A DNA stretch of 64,000 bases. It comes from Patescibacteria group bacterium. Lineage in GTDB: Bacteria; Patescibacteriota; Patescibacteriia; Patescibacteriales; UBA12465. Location: the NCBI GenBank assembly GCA_028687275.1, contig JAQUAK010000004.1, positions 3,104 through 67,103 of the forward strand, written 5' to 3'. Under the pieces are notes generated by a model. The model worked only from the letters and a program-made list of their open reading frames with translations. It was not told the origin of the DNA and searched no databases. The position numbers and the translations under genes were made by a program. Positions 24,181 through 32,572 of this stretch are shown here, piece by piece. Position 1 is the stretch's first letter; the number at the start of each line of letters is the position of its first letter.

Positions 24181-26496
24181 TTAATTATATATTAATTCCG
24201 AAGCCTTTGGCAAAGCCTGATCAGGAATAATATTAAGTACTTGCTGTAAATAGTCTTGCGCTCTATCGGCTTGATTTAGCTGGCTGTACACCTTGGCTAA
24301 ATTAAGCAATATTTGAATATTACTTGGGTAAGACTGCAAAATTTGCTGTAAAGCTTTAGCGCTTGCTTCTAAATTCTGATCAACATAATACATGTCAGCA
24401 CTCTTTTTAAGTAAGGATAAATCCTGAGGAAAATATCGGAACGCATCTTGATAAGCAATAGCAGCCTGATCATAAGCTTGTATGTCTTGATAAACCTCTC
24501 CTTGTTTATATTTTAACTGGGACATGTAAAAGGCTAAATAATCACGATGTTCAAAATTCAAACGGGAATCATTAATGTCTGGCAATAAACTAAAACTATC
24601 ATTATAGGCAACTAAAGCCTGCTCAGAAAGCGATGAGGCTTGTAAACAATCAGCCAAGTAACGATAAGGGGCCGGCCGCTTAGGGCTCATTAAAATAATT
24701 TCATCAAAATCAGCACGAGCGCTCTCGACACCTCTTAAAAAACAAGAGAGCCTAGCTTTAGTTATTTTATTTTCATAACTGTTGGCGGGTAAATCCCTAT
24801 CTATACTATTAATTAATATCTGCACCATCTGTTTACTTGATAAGTCTGGTAAATCTTTAAAATCGACAAGGGCAAAAGAGGCGATTGAGTTTTCATAATA
24901 ATGAAGGTCCACACGGTTGCTTTTACTTCCCTGAATATAAGACGTTAATTCATTAATATTAAAATATTTCTGCGCTGCCAATAAGCGATTGATTTGCAAA
25001 AAATAATAATCAGCCTGTAAAGACCCAATACTGATATAAACTTGAGTCAGCGCTAGAAAAATTAAAGATACTGCCGATACTCTTGCCACTAAAGTTTTTG
25101 TATGCGCCCCCATTTTAACTGAAATAATTTGAGCAAAATTTATTCTCTGCCAAAAAAGAAGATATTTTCTATCATTCTCACCCAAGCTTAAATTACCAGC
25201 AGTCACAAAAGCGGCTAAAATCCAAAAATAGAAAACGCCAGTAATATCCGACAGGCCAAACAGAAGAGAAAAACTGTAGGCAAACATAGCGGTCCCAGCG
25301 GCCAAAGCGAAGACTTGGCCCTCTGGCTTTAACCATAAACGCCAGCACTGCCAGGCCCAAAAAATATACAAAGCTAGCCAAAATATTAAACCAATAAAAC
25401 CCGTCTGGATAATAACATCAAGCACGCTATTATGAACCTTATCCGTATAACCATCAATCTTCATAAATATTCCCCATTCCGGTTGATACTGACTAACTAT
25501 TATCTCGCCGCCATTTTCTAAGCCAACGCCAACCCAAGGATGCATAGGAATTATTTCTAAAGCTGAGGCATAAAAAGAACGACGCAGAGCAATGCTGCCT
25601 TCATTAAAATTAACTAATGTCTGCAAGCGCGTAGGTGTTAATAAATAAATCGCCCCCACTAAAAATAGAACAAATACGGGTAAGAACAATAGACTGCGAT
25701 AAGAACGACGACGCCAACTATAAATAATTGCAGTCAAAGATACGGCGATGATTAAAGCCAACCAAGCTGCTCGTGAGCCAGTAGTTAATAAGGCGGCCAA
25801 TTGTAAAATGAGTGCCAATGAAATTAATATTTTAAATTTAAACTTACTTTGTATAGATAATAAAAAAATAGTTAATGGTAGAGTAAACAATAAAAATGAA
25901 GCCAGGAAATTTGGTTGACCAAGGGTAGAAATAGTACGGCCAAGCAACTGCTGTTCTTGCCAAACGGCAAAATCAAAACCGAAAAATTGTAGAACAGCAT
26001 AAATAGCAACCAAGCTACCAGCTAGAGTAATTAACTGAGCTAAGGCTTTGACTGCCTCTTGCCAATTAATTGTCTTTTTAATTTTTTCTTTAAAATCAAA
26101 GCCAGAAAAACTGTAGACTATATAAGAAAAATAAATAGTTAAAAAATAATAAAAAACTAAACCCATCTTACGGTCATAAGAACCAAGCCAAGTCTGCAAA
26201 GAATTAACTGAAAAAAATGACAGTAAGGACCAGGCTAACAAAAACACTAGCACCGGAAGTATACTTAAAATGAAGCGTCTATAATCTAAAAAATTGATAT
26301 TTTTTTTCCCATAGATAGCTAAACTGGATAATAAAATAATTGCTGCTAAAAATTGCAACCAAAAAAATTTAATCAAAGTAAAAGGACTAAAAATTGGAAA
26401 GAAAAAGGACATGCTTAAAGGGATGATCAGCAAAGAAGACCAGAAGGCTAATTTTTGAATTAAGCTAAATATCGAATTCCAATTAATTTTATTCAT
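24181..26496 (-). CDS. O-antigen ligase-like (Wzy_C) polytopic membrane protein with a C-terminal TPR domain
   Basis: 771 aa. About 12 TM helices with a central loop (TGSRAAWLALIIAV...HNSVLDVIIQTGFIGL) typical of the Wzy_C/O-antigen ligase family, then TPR-like repeats (AIAYQDAFRYFPQD, YSQLNQADRAQDYLQQVL). Confidence 0.7.
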   Translation of the reverse strand: MNKINWNSIFSLIQKLAFWSSLLIIPLSMSFFFPIFSPFTLIKFFWLQFLAAIILLSSLAIYGKKNINFLDYRRFILSILPVLVFLLAWSLLSFFSVNSLQTWLGSYDRKMGLVFYYFLTIYFSYIVYSFSGFDFKEKIKKTINWQEAVKALAQLITLAGSLVAIYAVLQFFGFDFAVWQEQQLLGRTISTLGQPNFLASFLLFTLPLTIFLLSIQSKFKFKILISLALILQLAALLTTGSRAAWLALIIAVSLTAIIYSWRRRSYRSLLFLPVFVLFLVGAIYLLTPTRLQTLVNFNEGSIALRRSFYASALEIIPMHPWVGVGLENGGEIIVSQYQPEWGIFMKIDGYTDKVHNSVLDVIIQTGFIGLIFWLALYIFWAWQCWRLWLKPEGQVFALAAGTAMFAYSFSLLFGLSDITGVFYFWILAAFVTAGNLSLGENDRKYLLFWQRINFAQIISVKMGAHTKTLVARVSAVSLIFLALTQVYISIGSLQADYYFLQINRLLAAQKYFNINELTSYIQGSKSNRVDLHYYENSIASFALVDFKDLPDLSSKQMVQILINSIDRDLPANSYENKITKARLSCFLRGVESARADFDEIILMSPKRPAPYRYLADCLQASSLSEQALVAYNDSFSLLPDINDSRLNFEHRDYLAFYMSQLKYKQGEVYQDIQAYDQAAIAYQDAFRYFPQDLSLLKKSADMYYVDQNLEASAKALQQILQSYPSNIQILLNLAKVYSQLNQADRAQDYLQQVLNIIPDQALPKASELIYN

Positions 26497-26527
26497 AAAT
26501 AAAGTAAGTTTAATTAATTATACCATA

Positions 26528-26562
26528 TAAAAAAACTCCAAACCATTAAAGATTTGGAGTTT
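26528..26562 (-). terminator. putative intrinsic terminator after secF
   Basis: AACTCCAAA-N10-TTTGGAGTT hairpin, followed on the minus strand by a T-run. Confidence 0.55.
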
Positions 26563-26581
26563 TAGAGTTGAAAATTATAAA

Positions 26582-27490
26582 TTAAGCATGACGACGACGC
26601 TGCCATTTCTCGAATACAACTAATAACGGACTGGCTAAAAAAACCGAACTATAAGCGCCAAAGAAAATACCAATAATTAAGGCCAGAACAAACTCTCTAA
26701 TAGAGGCTCCACCAAATAAAAGTACGGCCACTAAAGCTAATAAAGTAGTAATCACCGTATTAATAGAGCGAACAAAAGTTTGATTAATGCTAGTGTCAAC
26801 CGTTTCAGCGAAACTAGTAGCGCTCTTAGGTAAATTTTCACGCGTGCGATCAAAAACTACAATTGTATCATTAACGCTATAACCGAGGACAGTCAAAATA
26901 GCGACGACAAAGGCGGTATTGATTTCAACGCCATAAAAATGTCCTAGCAAAGAAAAAATTCCTAAAGTAATAAAAACATCATGAAACAAAGCTACAATTG
27001 CAATTAAACCGTATTTCCATGAAGCAACTGGCTTAGAAACACGTTGAAAAGCAAAACCAACATAAACAATAATAACTAATAACACCATCATTACCAACCA
27101 AAAGGCCTTGCTTCTTAATTCCTGCCCAATTGACGGGCCAATAGCTTCAAACCTTGATTCTTCTAAACCAGCCTGGGCTTCAGGTAATTGCTTTAAAGCG
27201 CTAAGCACTAATTGATGAGCCTCCTCGGTGCTTTCCTGAAAACGCAAAATCATAGCCTCATCTGTTGGCTGAATAATAACGTTGCTAATATTTAAATTAG
27301 ATAACTCTGCTTGAATAGAGGCAATCGAAGGATTTCCACCATTAAAACTGACTTCCATTAAGCTGCCACCAGTAAAATCAAGTCCAAATTTTAAACCCCA
27401 AAGAAATAAGAAAACAATTGAGGCTGTAACCAAAACACTAGACAGTGCCAACCAGAGTTTTCTTCTTTTAATTACTTGTAGATTAATCAT
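26582..27490 (-). CDS. secF: protein translocase subunit SecF
   Basis: 302 aa. LDFTGGSLMEV motif, six TMs, VVFDRTREN. Downstream of secD. Confidence 0.9.
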   Translation of the reverse strand: MINLQVIKRRKLWLALSSVLVTASIVFLFLWGLKFGLDFTGGSLMEVSFNGGNPSIASIQAELSNLNISNVIIQPTDEAMILRFQESTEEAHQLVLSALKQLPEAQAGLEESRFEAIGPSIGQELRSKAFWLVMMVLLVIIVYVGFAFQRVSKPVASWKYGLIAIVALFHDVFITLGIFSLLGHFYGVEINTAFVVAILTVLGYSVNDTIVVFDRTRENLPKSATSFAETVDTSINQTFVRSINTVITTLLALVAVLLFGGASIREFVLALIIGIFFGAYSSVFLASPLLVVFEKWQRRRHA

Positions 27491-27526
27491 ATACCTTTTA
27501 GATGAATTATTAATTCAGTCCCTAAT

Positions 27527-29413
27527 TTATTTATTAATTCGACGAGCACCTAATAACCAACGATGACGATCCAACCAATTACCATTAAACACTTTTAATA
27601 AAATATAAGTGATAACAATGCTGCTAAACATGGAAATGGAAACACCAATAAATAAAGTAGCGCCAAAGCCTTTAACCAGACCAGTACCAAAGCCCATTAA
27701 GACGAAGCAGGTTAGGATGGTGGTGATATTGCCGTCACGAATAGAAGGCCAAGCTCTCTTAAAGCCCTCATCTAAAGCGGCTGCTAAAGGCTTGCCTGAA
27801 CGCAATTCTTCTTTCATGCGCTCAAAAATTAAGACGTTAGCATCAACGGCCATACCAACTGATAAAATAAAACCAGCAATCCCAGCCAAAGTTAAAGTTA
27901 CAGGCTGATTAGCATAATAGACTAAGAAAATTAGAATAACAGCAAATAAGCCGGCCGAGAAGATGCCATCAAATATTTTTAGGTAATTAAACACGGTTAT
28001 AAATAAAACCACCAAAATCGCTAAGAAAATTAAAGCCAACCAAACAGGTGAAGTCTTAAAAATAGTTAAAACCGTTAAAGCATAAACACCCAGAGACAAA
28101 ACTGACATTACTCCAGGCAAGCGGTAAAACAAAATCATGAAAATTGCTACCAACAAGAAACCGAGCAGGCCAGCAGTAATGCTATTATTAATAGATTTTT
28201 GGCCTAAACTAGCACCTACAGTTTGCTGACTCACCAAATTAATTGGCACTGGTAAGGCGCCGGTATTTAAACGCTGAACTAATAATTTTGCCTCCTGCAC
28301 ATTAAATTGACCAGAAATAACCGCTCTTCCATCTGGAATTCTTTCATTAACTGTTGGCACACTAATAGCGTAACCATCGAGAAAAATAGCTACTGGCTTG
28401 CCAATATTACGCTCAGTAATATCAGCAAACATAGACGATCCTTCGTTATCGAATTCTAAAGAAACTTCAGGAGTAGAGTCTTGAGGATTAAATTGTAAAG
28501 TAGCTCGTTTTAAATTCTTACCAGATAGCTCTGTACTTTTCCAATTATCACCTATATTTAAAACAGGGGATTCATCCTGGGCGACAAAGCTTAATAACTG
28601 TGTTTGATAAGAAGTAATAGTAGCGGGCTGTCCCTCTTGATCTTTAAAAGGATTAGCCTGTTCACTCTTATTTAATATTTTAGCGATCACAATGGCGTCG
28701 CTAGTTTGGATTGGTTTATTTACTATCTCTCCAGTATTTAAATCCTTCAAAGCGACAAACAATTCTGGTTGACCATCTGCGGTAATATTATCTTCAGTGG
28801 TTAAATCTGCCTGATACTTATCAGCTAAAATTTGCCAATCTACACTAGCAGTTTCTTTTAAGGCTGATTGTGCTTTCTCCATTACCTGTTTATTAAAAGC
28901 GATTGCCTCAGTATTAGGGCTAATATCAGATTCTTGAATTTCATCACTCTGCTCTTTAAATTCTAACAAAGGCGTCTCGCCAATCATTCTAATCGCCTCA
29001 TTCACATCTTTAATGCCAGCTAGCTCTGCAATAATACGATAATCGCCATTGATGGTACGATTGATTTGAACAACGGGCTCACTCACGCCCGCCGAATTAA
29101 CGCGACGTTCAATGATATCGCGCACGCCCTCTAAAGAGCTTAAGCGATCTGCTTCAGGAACACTGCTAACATCAGCTTCATAAACTAATTGAGTGCCTCC
29201 CTGCAAATCAAGTCCGAGAACAAAAGAACTATGATTTATAGTTGGCAAAACAATAATATTATTTGTTGCCCTGGCTAAAGATTGAACGCCCTGATTATAA
29301 TAATTACTGCCCGCCAAGACAAAGCCTAAAACAGCAAAAATAAGCACCAAAGTGAATAGCCATCGCTGACGATGATGTTTAAATAAATTCGAGAACTTCT
29401 GTGATTTTGACAT
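27527..29413 (-). CDS. secD: protein translocase subunit SecD (with an enlarged extracytoplasmic domain)
   Basis: 628 aa. LGLDLQGGTQLVYEAD, C-terminal six-TM bundle with DANVLIFERMKEE. Confidence 0.9.
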   Translation of the reverse strand: MSKSQKFSNLFKHHRQRWLFTLVLIFAVLGFVLAGSNYYNQGVQSLARATNNIIVLPTINHSSFVLGLDLQGGTQLVYEADVSSVPEADRLSSLEGVRDIIERRVNSAGVSEPVVQINRTINGDYRIIAELAGIKDVNEAIRMIGETPLLEFKEQSDEIQESDISPNTEAIAFNKQVMEKAQSALKETASVDWQILADKYQADLTTEDNITADGQPELFVALKDLNTGEIVNKPIQTSDAIVIAKILNKSEQANPFKDQEGQPATITSYQTQLLSFVAQDESPVLNIGDNWKSTELSGKNLKRATLQFNPQDSTPEVSLEFDNEGSSMFADITERNIGKPVAIFLDGYAISVPTVNERIPDGRAVISGQFNVQEAKLLVQRLNTGALPVPINLVSQQTVGASLGQKSINNSITAGLLGFLLVAIFMILFYRLPGVMSVLSLGVYALTVLTIFKTSPVWLALIFLAILVVLFITVFNYLKIFDGIFSAGLFAVILIFLVYYANQPVTLTLAGIAGFILSVGMAVDANVLIFERMKEELRSGKPLAAALDEGFKRAWPSIRDGNITTILTCFVLMGFGTGLVKGFGATLFIGVSISMFSSIVITYILLKVFNGNWLDRHRWLLGARRINK

Positions 29414-29490
29414 AAATTTTATAAATTATTCGCAAGGATTAGAAACTTTTAAAATCTTAGACTAAAAATGCTAAAAAATCAAGACAAGCC

Positions 29491-29519
29491 TTTACAAATA
29501 ATCAAAATTGCCATATAAT
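29491..29519 (+). promoter_or_regulatory. putative sigma70-type promoter of clpP
   Basis: TTTACA (29491-29496), a 17-nt spacer, then TATAAT (29514-29519), 35 nt upstream of the clpP ATG. Confidence 0.5.
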
Positions 29520-29554
29520 TCTTAATAATAGCTAAAAAATAATCAAATAACTAT

Positions 29555-30136
29555 ATGCCATTAATACCAACTGTAATCGAAAAAGAAGGACAAGTTGAAA
29601 GAGCTTATGATATATATTCACGACTGCTGAAGGATCGTATCATTTTTTTAGGAGAAGCAATCGATGATCATGTCGCTAATATTGTTATTGCCCAGATGCT
29701 TTTTCTGGCGGCTGAAGATAAAGAAAAAGATATTAAATTCTATATTAACTCTCCGGGCGGATCAGTGTCAGCAGGATTAGCTATTTATGATACCATGCAA
29801 TATATAAAATGCCCAGTTTCAACTATTTGTATCGGCATGGCCGCCTCCATGGCTTCCGTTCTACTTGCTGCTGGTGAGCCCGGAAAACGTCTCGCCCTAC
29901 CAAACAGTGAAATAATGATTCACCAAGTAATGGGTGGCGCCGAGGGTCAAGCTTCTGATATTAAAATTAGAGCCGAACACATTTTAAAAATTAAAGATAA
30001 GTTGAACAAAATTCTAGCCCAACATAGCGGAAAAAAAATGACCGACGTTGAAAAAGATAGCGATCGAGATAATTTTATGAGCGCAGAGGAAGCTAAAAAG
30101 TATGGTTTAATCGATAAAATTATCAGTAAAGAATAA
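29555..30136 (+). CDS. clpP: ATP-dependent Clp protease proteolytic subunit ClpP
   Basis: 193 aa. [19 protein letters not shown], catalytic Ser context [11 protein letters not shown], His in IMIHQ. Confidence 0.95.
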   Translation: MPLIPTVIEKEGQVERAYDIYSRLLKDRIIFLGEAIDDHVANIVIAQMLFLAAEDKEKDIKFYINSPGGSVSAGLAIYDTMQYIKCPVSTICIGMAASMASVLLAAGEPGKRLALPNSEIMIHQVMGGAEGQASDIKIRAEHILKIKDKLNKILAQHSGKKMTDVEKDSDRDNFMSAEEAKKYGLIDKIISKE

Positions 30137-30157
30137 AGAACACTTTATAAGGCATAC

Positions 30158-30190
30158 AAAAAACTCGCCCTTTGCCGTGCGAGTTTTTTA
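30158..30190. terminator. putative bidirectional terminator between convergent clpP and the surface-protein island
   Basis: AAAAAACTCGC-N10-GCGAGTTTTTT, a GC core with an A-run and T-run on either side. Confidence 0.55.
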
Positions 30191-30210
30191 TTTGTCTATA
30201 AAAATATTCG

Positions 30211-31254
30211 CTATAAAGGCATTAAAGTACTAACCATCATTTTAAATATTTCCAGATAAGCAGCAGATTCACCAGATTTAATATAAGAAACTACATAAAT
30301 GGTTCTTTTATCTGCGGCTAAAAAATAAGCAATTTGTTGATCGGCGCTAACGATTCCGGGCCCAAAAGTGCTATCAATAAAACGATCCTTAGTTAAGATG
30401 TCAACATCCATAAACTTTTCCTGATACCAAGATATAATATCACTATTAATTTGTCCACTATCTTCTCTGGACACCTGTATAAAAGAAGCATCAGGTGCTG
30501 AGAACAAAGTAGAATCAGTCGACACTATATTAACTGACCAATCACGAGGGTAAATTAAGGCGAAACCTGAATTTACACTAGAGAAAAGAGCTAAATTACT
30601 ATTTTCTTCCAATTTACCAGCACCATTAGGATTATAACCGCTAGTCACTTCTTCAAAATCAGAGTAACCATCATTATCAGTATCGGCTATTTGTGCATTT
30701 GTTCCCAAGAAAATTTCAGCTGCGTCACTTAAACCGTCGCCATCACTGTCTACCACTATGGGCAACACTAAATCATCTTCCGCCTCTACTGGCTCAACGG
30801 TTGTATTGTCAACTTGATTAATATCCGTATTACTGGAAGCATTTAAATCATCTTCCTCTTCTACTGGCTCAACAGAAACACCAGACTGCTCAGCTGATGA
30901 TGTATTATTTTGAGGTACATCATCAATAGACACATCATTAACAGGGCTTAACATAGCTGGGGCAATTAAGAAGCGATAAGCCAAATAAATAATTAGAGCG
31001 ATGACAACAACACCGGAAGCCATGATAATTATTCCCATGGATTTTGGAGAGACTTTTTTTTCACCTTCTGATGATTTAGCTGTCTGTTGTCCACGATTAC
31101 CTTGTGTCTCAGTCTCATCAGTATAGCTAGTAGCACTTAAACTGGTAAAAGCTGGCATATTCTTCACTACAAAGTCTTCTTGCAGGCGTTTTTGCAAACC
31201 TTCATCTGGTTTTTTAGTATTTAAATCTTTATTTAATTCAAGTTTCATAATCAA
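30211..31254 (-). CDS. membrane-anchored surface protein with TSP3-type calcium-binding repeats and a C-terminal globular domain
   Basis: 347 aa. Single TM (GIIIMASGVVVIALIIYLAY). Duplicated acidic VEPVE[EA]EDDL segment. DSDGDGLSDAAE..DTDNDGYSDFEE Asp-rich repeats followed by GYNPNGAG. Confidence 0.6.
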   Translation of the reverse strand: MIMKLELNKDLNTKKPDEGLQKRLQEDFVVKNMPAFTSLSATSYTDETETQGNRGQQTAKSSEGEKKVSPKSMGIIIMASGVVVIALIIYLAYRFLIAPAMLSPVNDVSIDDVPQNNTSSAEQSGVSVEPVEEEDDLNASSNTDINQVDNTTVEPVEAEDDLVLPIVVDSDGDGLSDAAEIFLGTNAQIADTDNDGYSDFEEVTSGYNPNGAGKLEENSNLALFSSVNSGFALIYPRDWSVNIVSTDSTLFSAPDASFIQVSREDSGQINSDIISWYQEKFMDVDILTKDRFIDSTFGPGIVSADQQIAYFLAADKRTIYVVSYIKSGESAAYLEIFKMMVSTLMPL

Positions 31255-31442
31255 TTAGCAAAAAAATAAAAAAAGGCAAAAACACCCAAGGCAATAGCAA
31301 CTATTGGCACAATCCAATACCAAGCCTTCCCTTTTAAAGGCGTATTTAATTTAGGCATTACATGTACTTTTAAATACAAGCGCACGCCTTTTTTCTTTAG
31401 ATCATTATCCTGATCCTTATTTTTCCCGTAATCTAAAGTCAT
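31251..31442 (-). CDS. small single-pass membrane protein, hypothetical
   Basis: 63 aa. Basic N-terminus and C-terminal TM (WYWIVPIVAIALGVFAFFYFF). 4-nt ATGA overlap with the downstream gene. Confidence 0.35.
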   Translation of the reverse strand: MTLDYGKNKDQDNDLKKKGVRLYLKVHVMPKLNTPLKGKAWYWIVPIVAIALGVFAFFYFFAN

Positions 31443-31450
31443 ATAATATA

Positions 31451-32179
31451 TTATTGCAAAATACCTTCACCATTAGGATTATAGCCGCCCTTAACCTCTT
31501 CACCATCTTTATAACCATCACCATCTGTATCAGGATTTAAAGGATTAGTGCCATAAACTCGAACCTCTTCATAGTCAGATAACCCGTCAAAGTCAGAGTC
31601 AATTAGATTGATATTAGTGCCTAGGGCAATCTCTTCTGGGTCAGTTAAGCTATCAGCATCAGAGTCCACTGGCGCCACTACAACTGGAACAACGGGCTCG
31701 ATTGGTTCCACCGGCGCAACTACATCACCAGGATTAACCACTCCGTCTGTCATGTTATTTGGTGATACTATATTTGTGTTATCAGTATTTGGCTCAATAA
31801 AATCGCCATTATTAACCGGCGGAGTCTCTTTGAGATCAGAAACATTATCAGTTACTACGCCATTATTAATCATTTGGGTCTCATCAATCGTTGATGGTAC
31901 ATTTAAAAATTTAGCATAAACCAAATAAGCTAAAGCGGCAATAATAAGTAAAGCTAAAAAAATAATTATAAGCTTTTTAACTTTAAAGCCTCCACCAGAC
32001 CCCTGACTATTATCATCCTCAGCATATTGCCTGGACGCCAACCCAGCAGGCTGAGTTTCAATATTATTCCCAGAATTAGACATATTATTAATACTTGGAG
32101 CCTCTGTTTCCGCAAAAATGTCATCAACAGCTTTATCTGTATTAGCATTAGGTGTTGGCGTATTTAATTTATCGAACAT
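31451..32179 (-). CDS. membrane-anchored protein with TSP3-type calcium-binding repeats (paralog of 30211-31254)
   Basis: 242 aa. TM (LIIIFLALLIIAALAYLVYA), P/V-rich linker, DSDADSLTDPEE..DSDFDGLSDYEE..DTDGDGYKDGEE, ends GYNPNGEG. Confidence 0.6.
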   Translation of the reverse strand: MFDKLNTPTPNANTDKAVDDIFAETEAPSINNMSNSGNNIETQPAGLASRQYAEDDNSQGSGGGFKVKKLIIIFLALLIIAALAYLVYAKFLNVPSTIDETQMINNGVVTDNVSDLKETPPVNNGDFIEPNTDNTNIVSPNNMTDGVVNPGDVVAPVEPIEPVVPVVVAPVDSDADSLTDPEEIALGTNINLIDSDFDGLSDYEEVRVYGTNPLNPDTDGDGYKDGEEVKGGYNPNGEGILQ

Positions 32180-32271
32180 AGATTTAAAATGATTATTAAT
32201 AATTAATTATATTATAGCGGATTATAGAGATAATTACACTCTTTGCTAAAAAATATATAAAAGTTAAACGA

Positions 32272-32529
32272 CTATTTAATTAATTTATAAGTAGTAATTT
32301 CACCATCACTGTTTCGATTAATAACTTCCAATTGCACATCATCACCAATGCCCAATTTCTGACGCTCATCAGTGGTCATAGCGGCTGGGGCTGGCTTGGT
32401 TTCAGAAATAGTGTTTTGAACTACAGGATTAGACCGCTTGGACAATAATTGCACCGCCACAATCGTAATAACAAGTAGTAAAATAAGTGCCAAGGCCAAG
32501 CTAATTAATTTTTTTCGTGATATTGTCAT
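32272..32529 (-). CDS. small N-terminally anchored hypothetical protein
   Basis: 85 aa. TM (LISLALALILLLVITIVAV) plus a short ectodomain. Confidence 0.4.
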   Translation of the reverse strand: MTISRKKLISLALALILLLVITIVAVQLLSKRSNPVVQNTISETKPAPAAMTTDERQKLGIGDDVQLEVINRNSDGEITTYKLIK

Positions 32530-32572
32530 ATTTATATATTAATTAATACACTGAATAAAAAATTATTACGAC

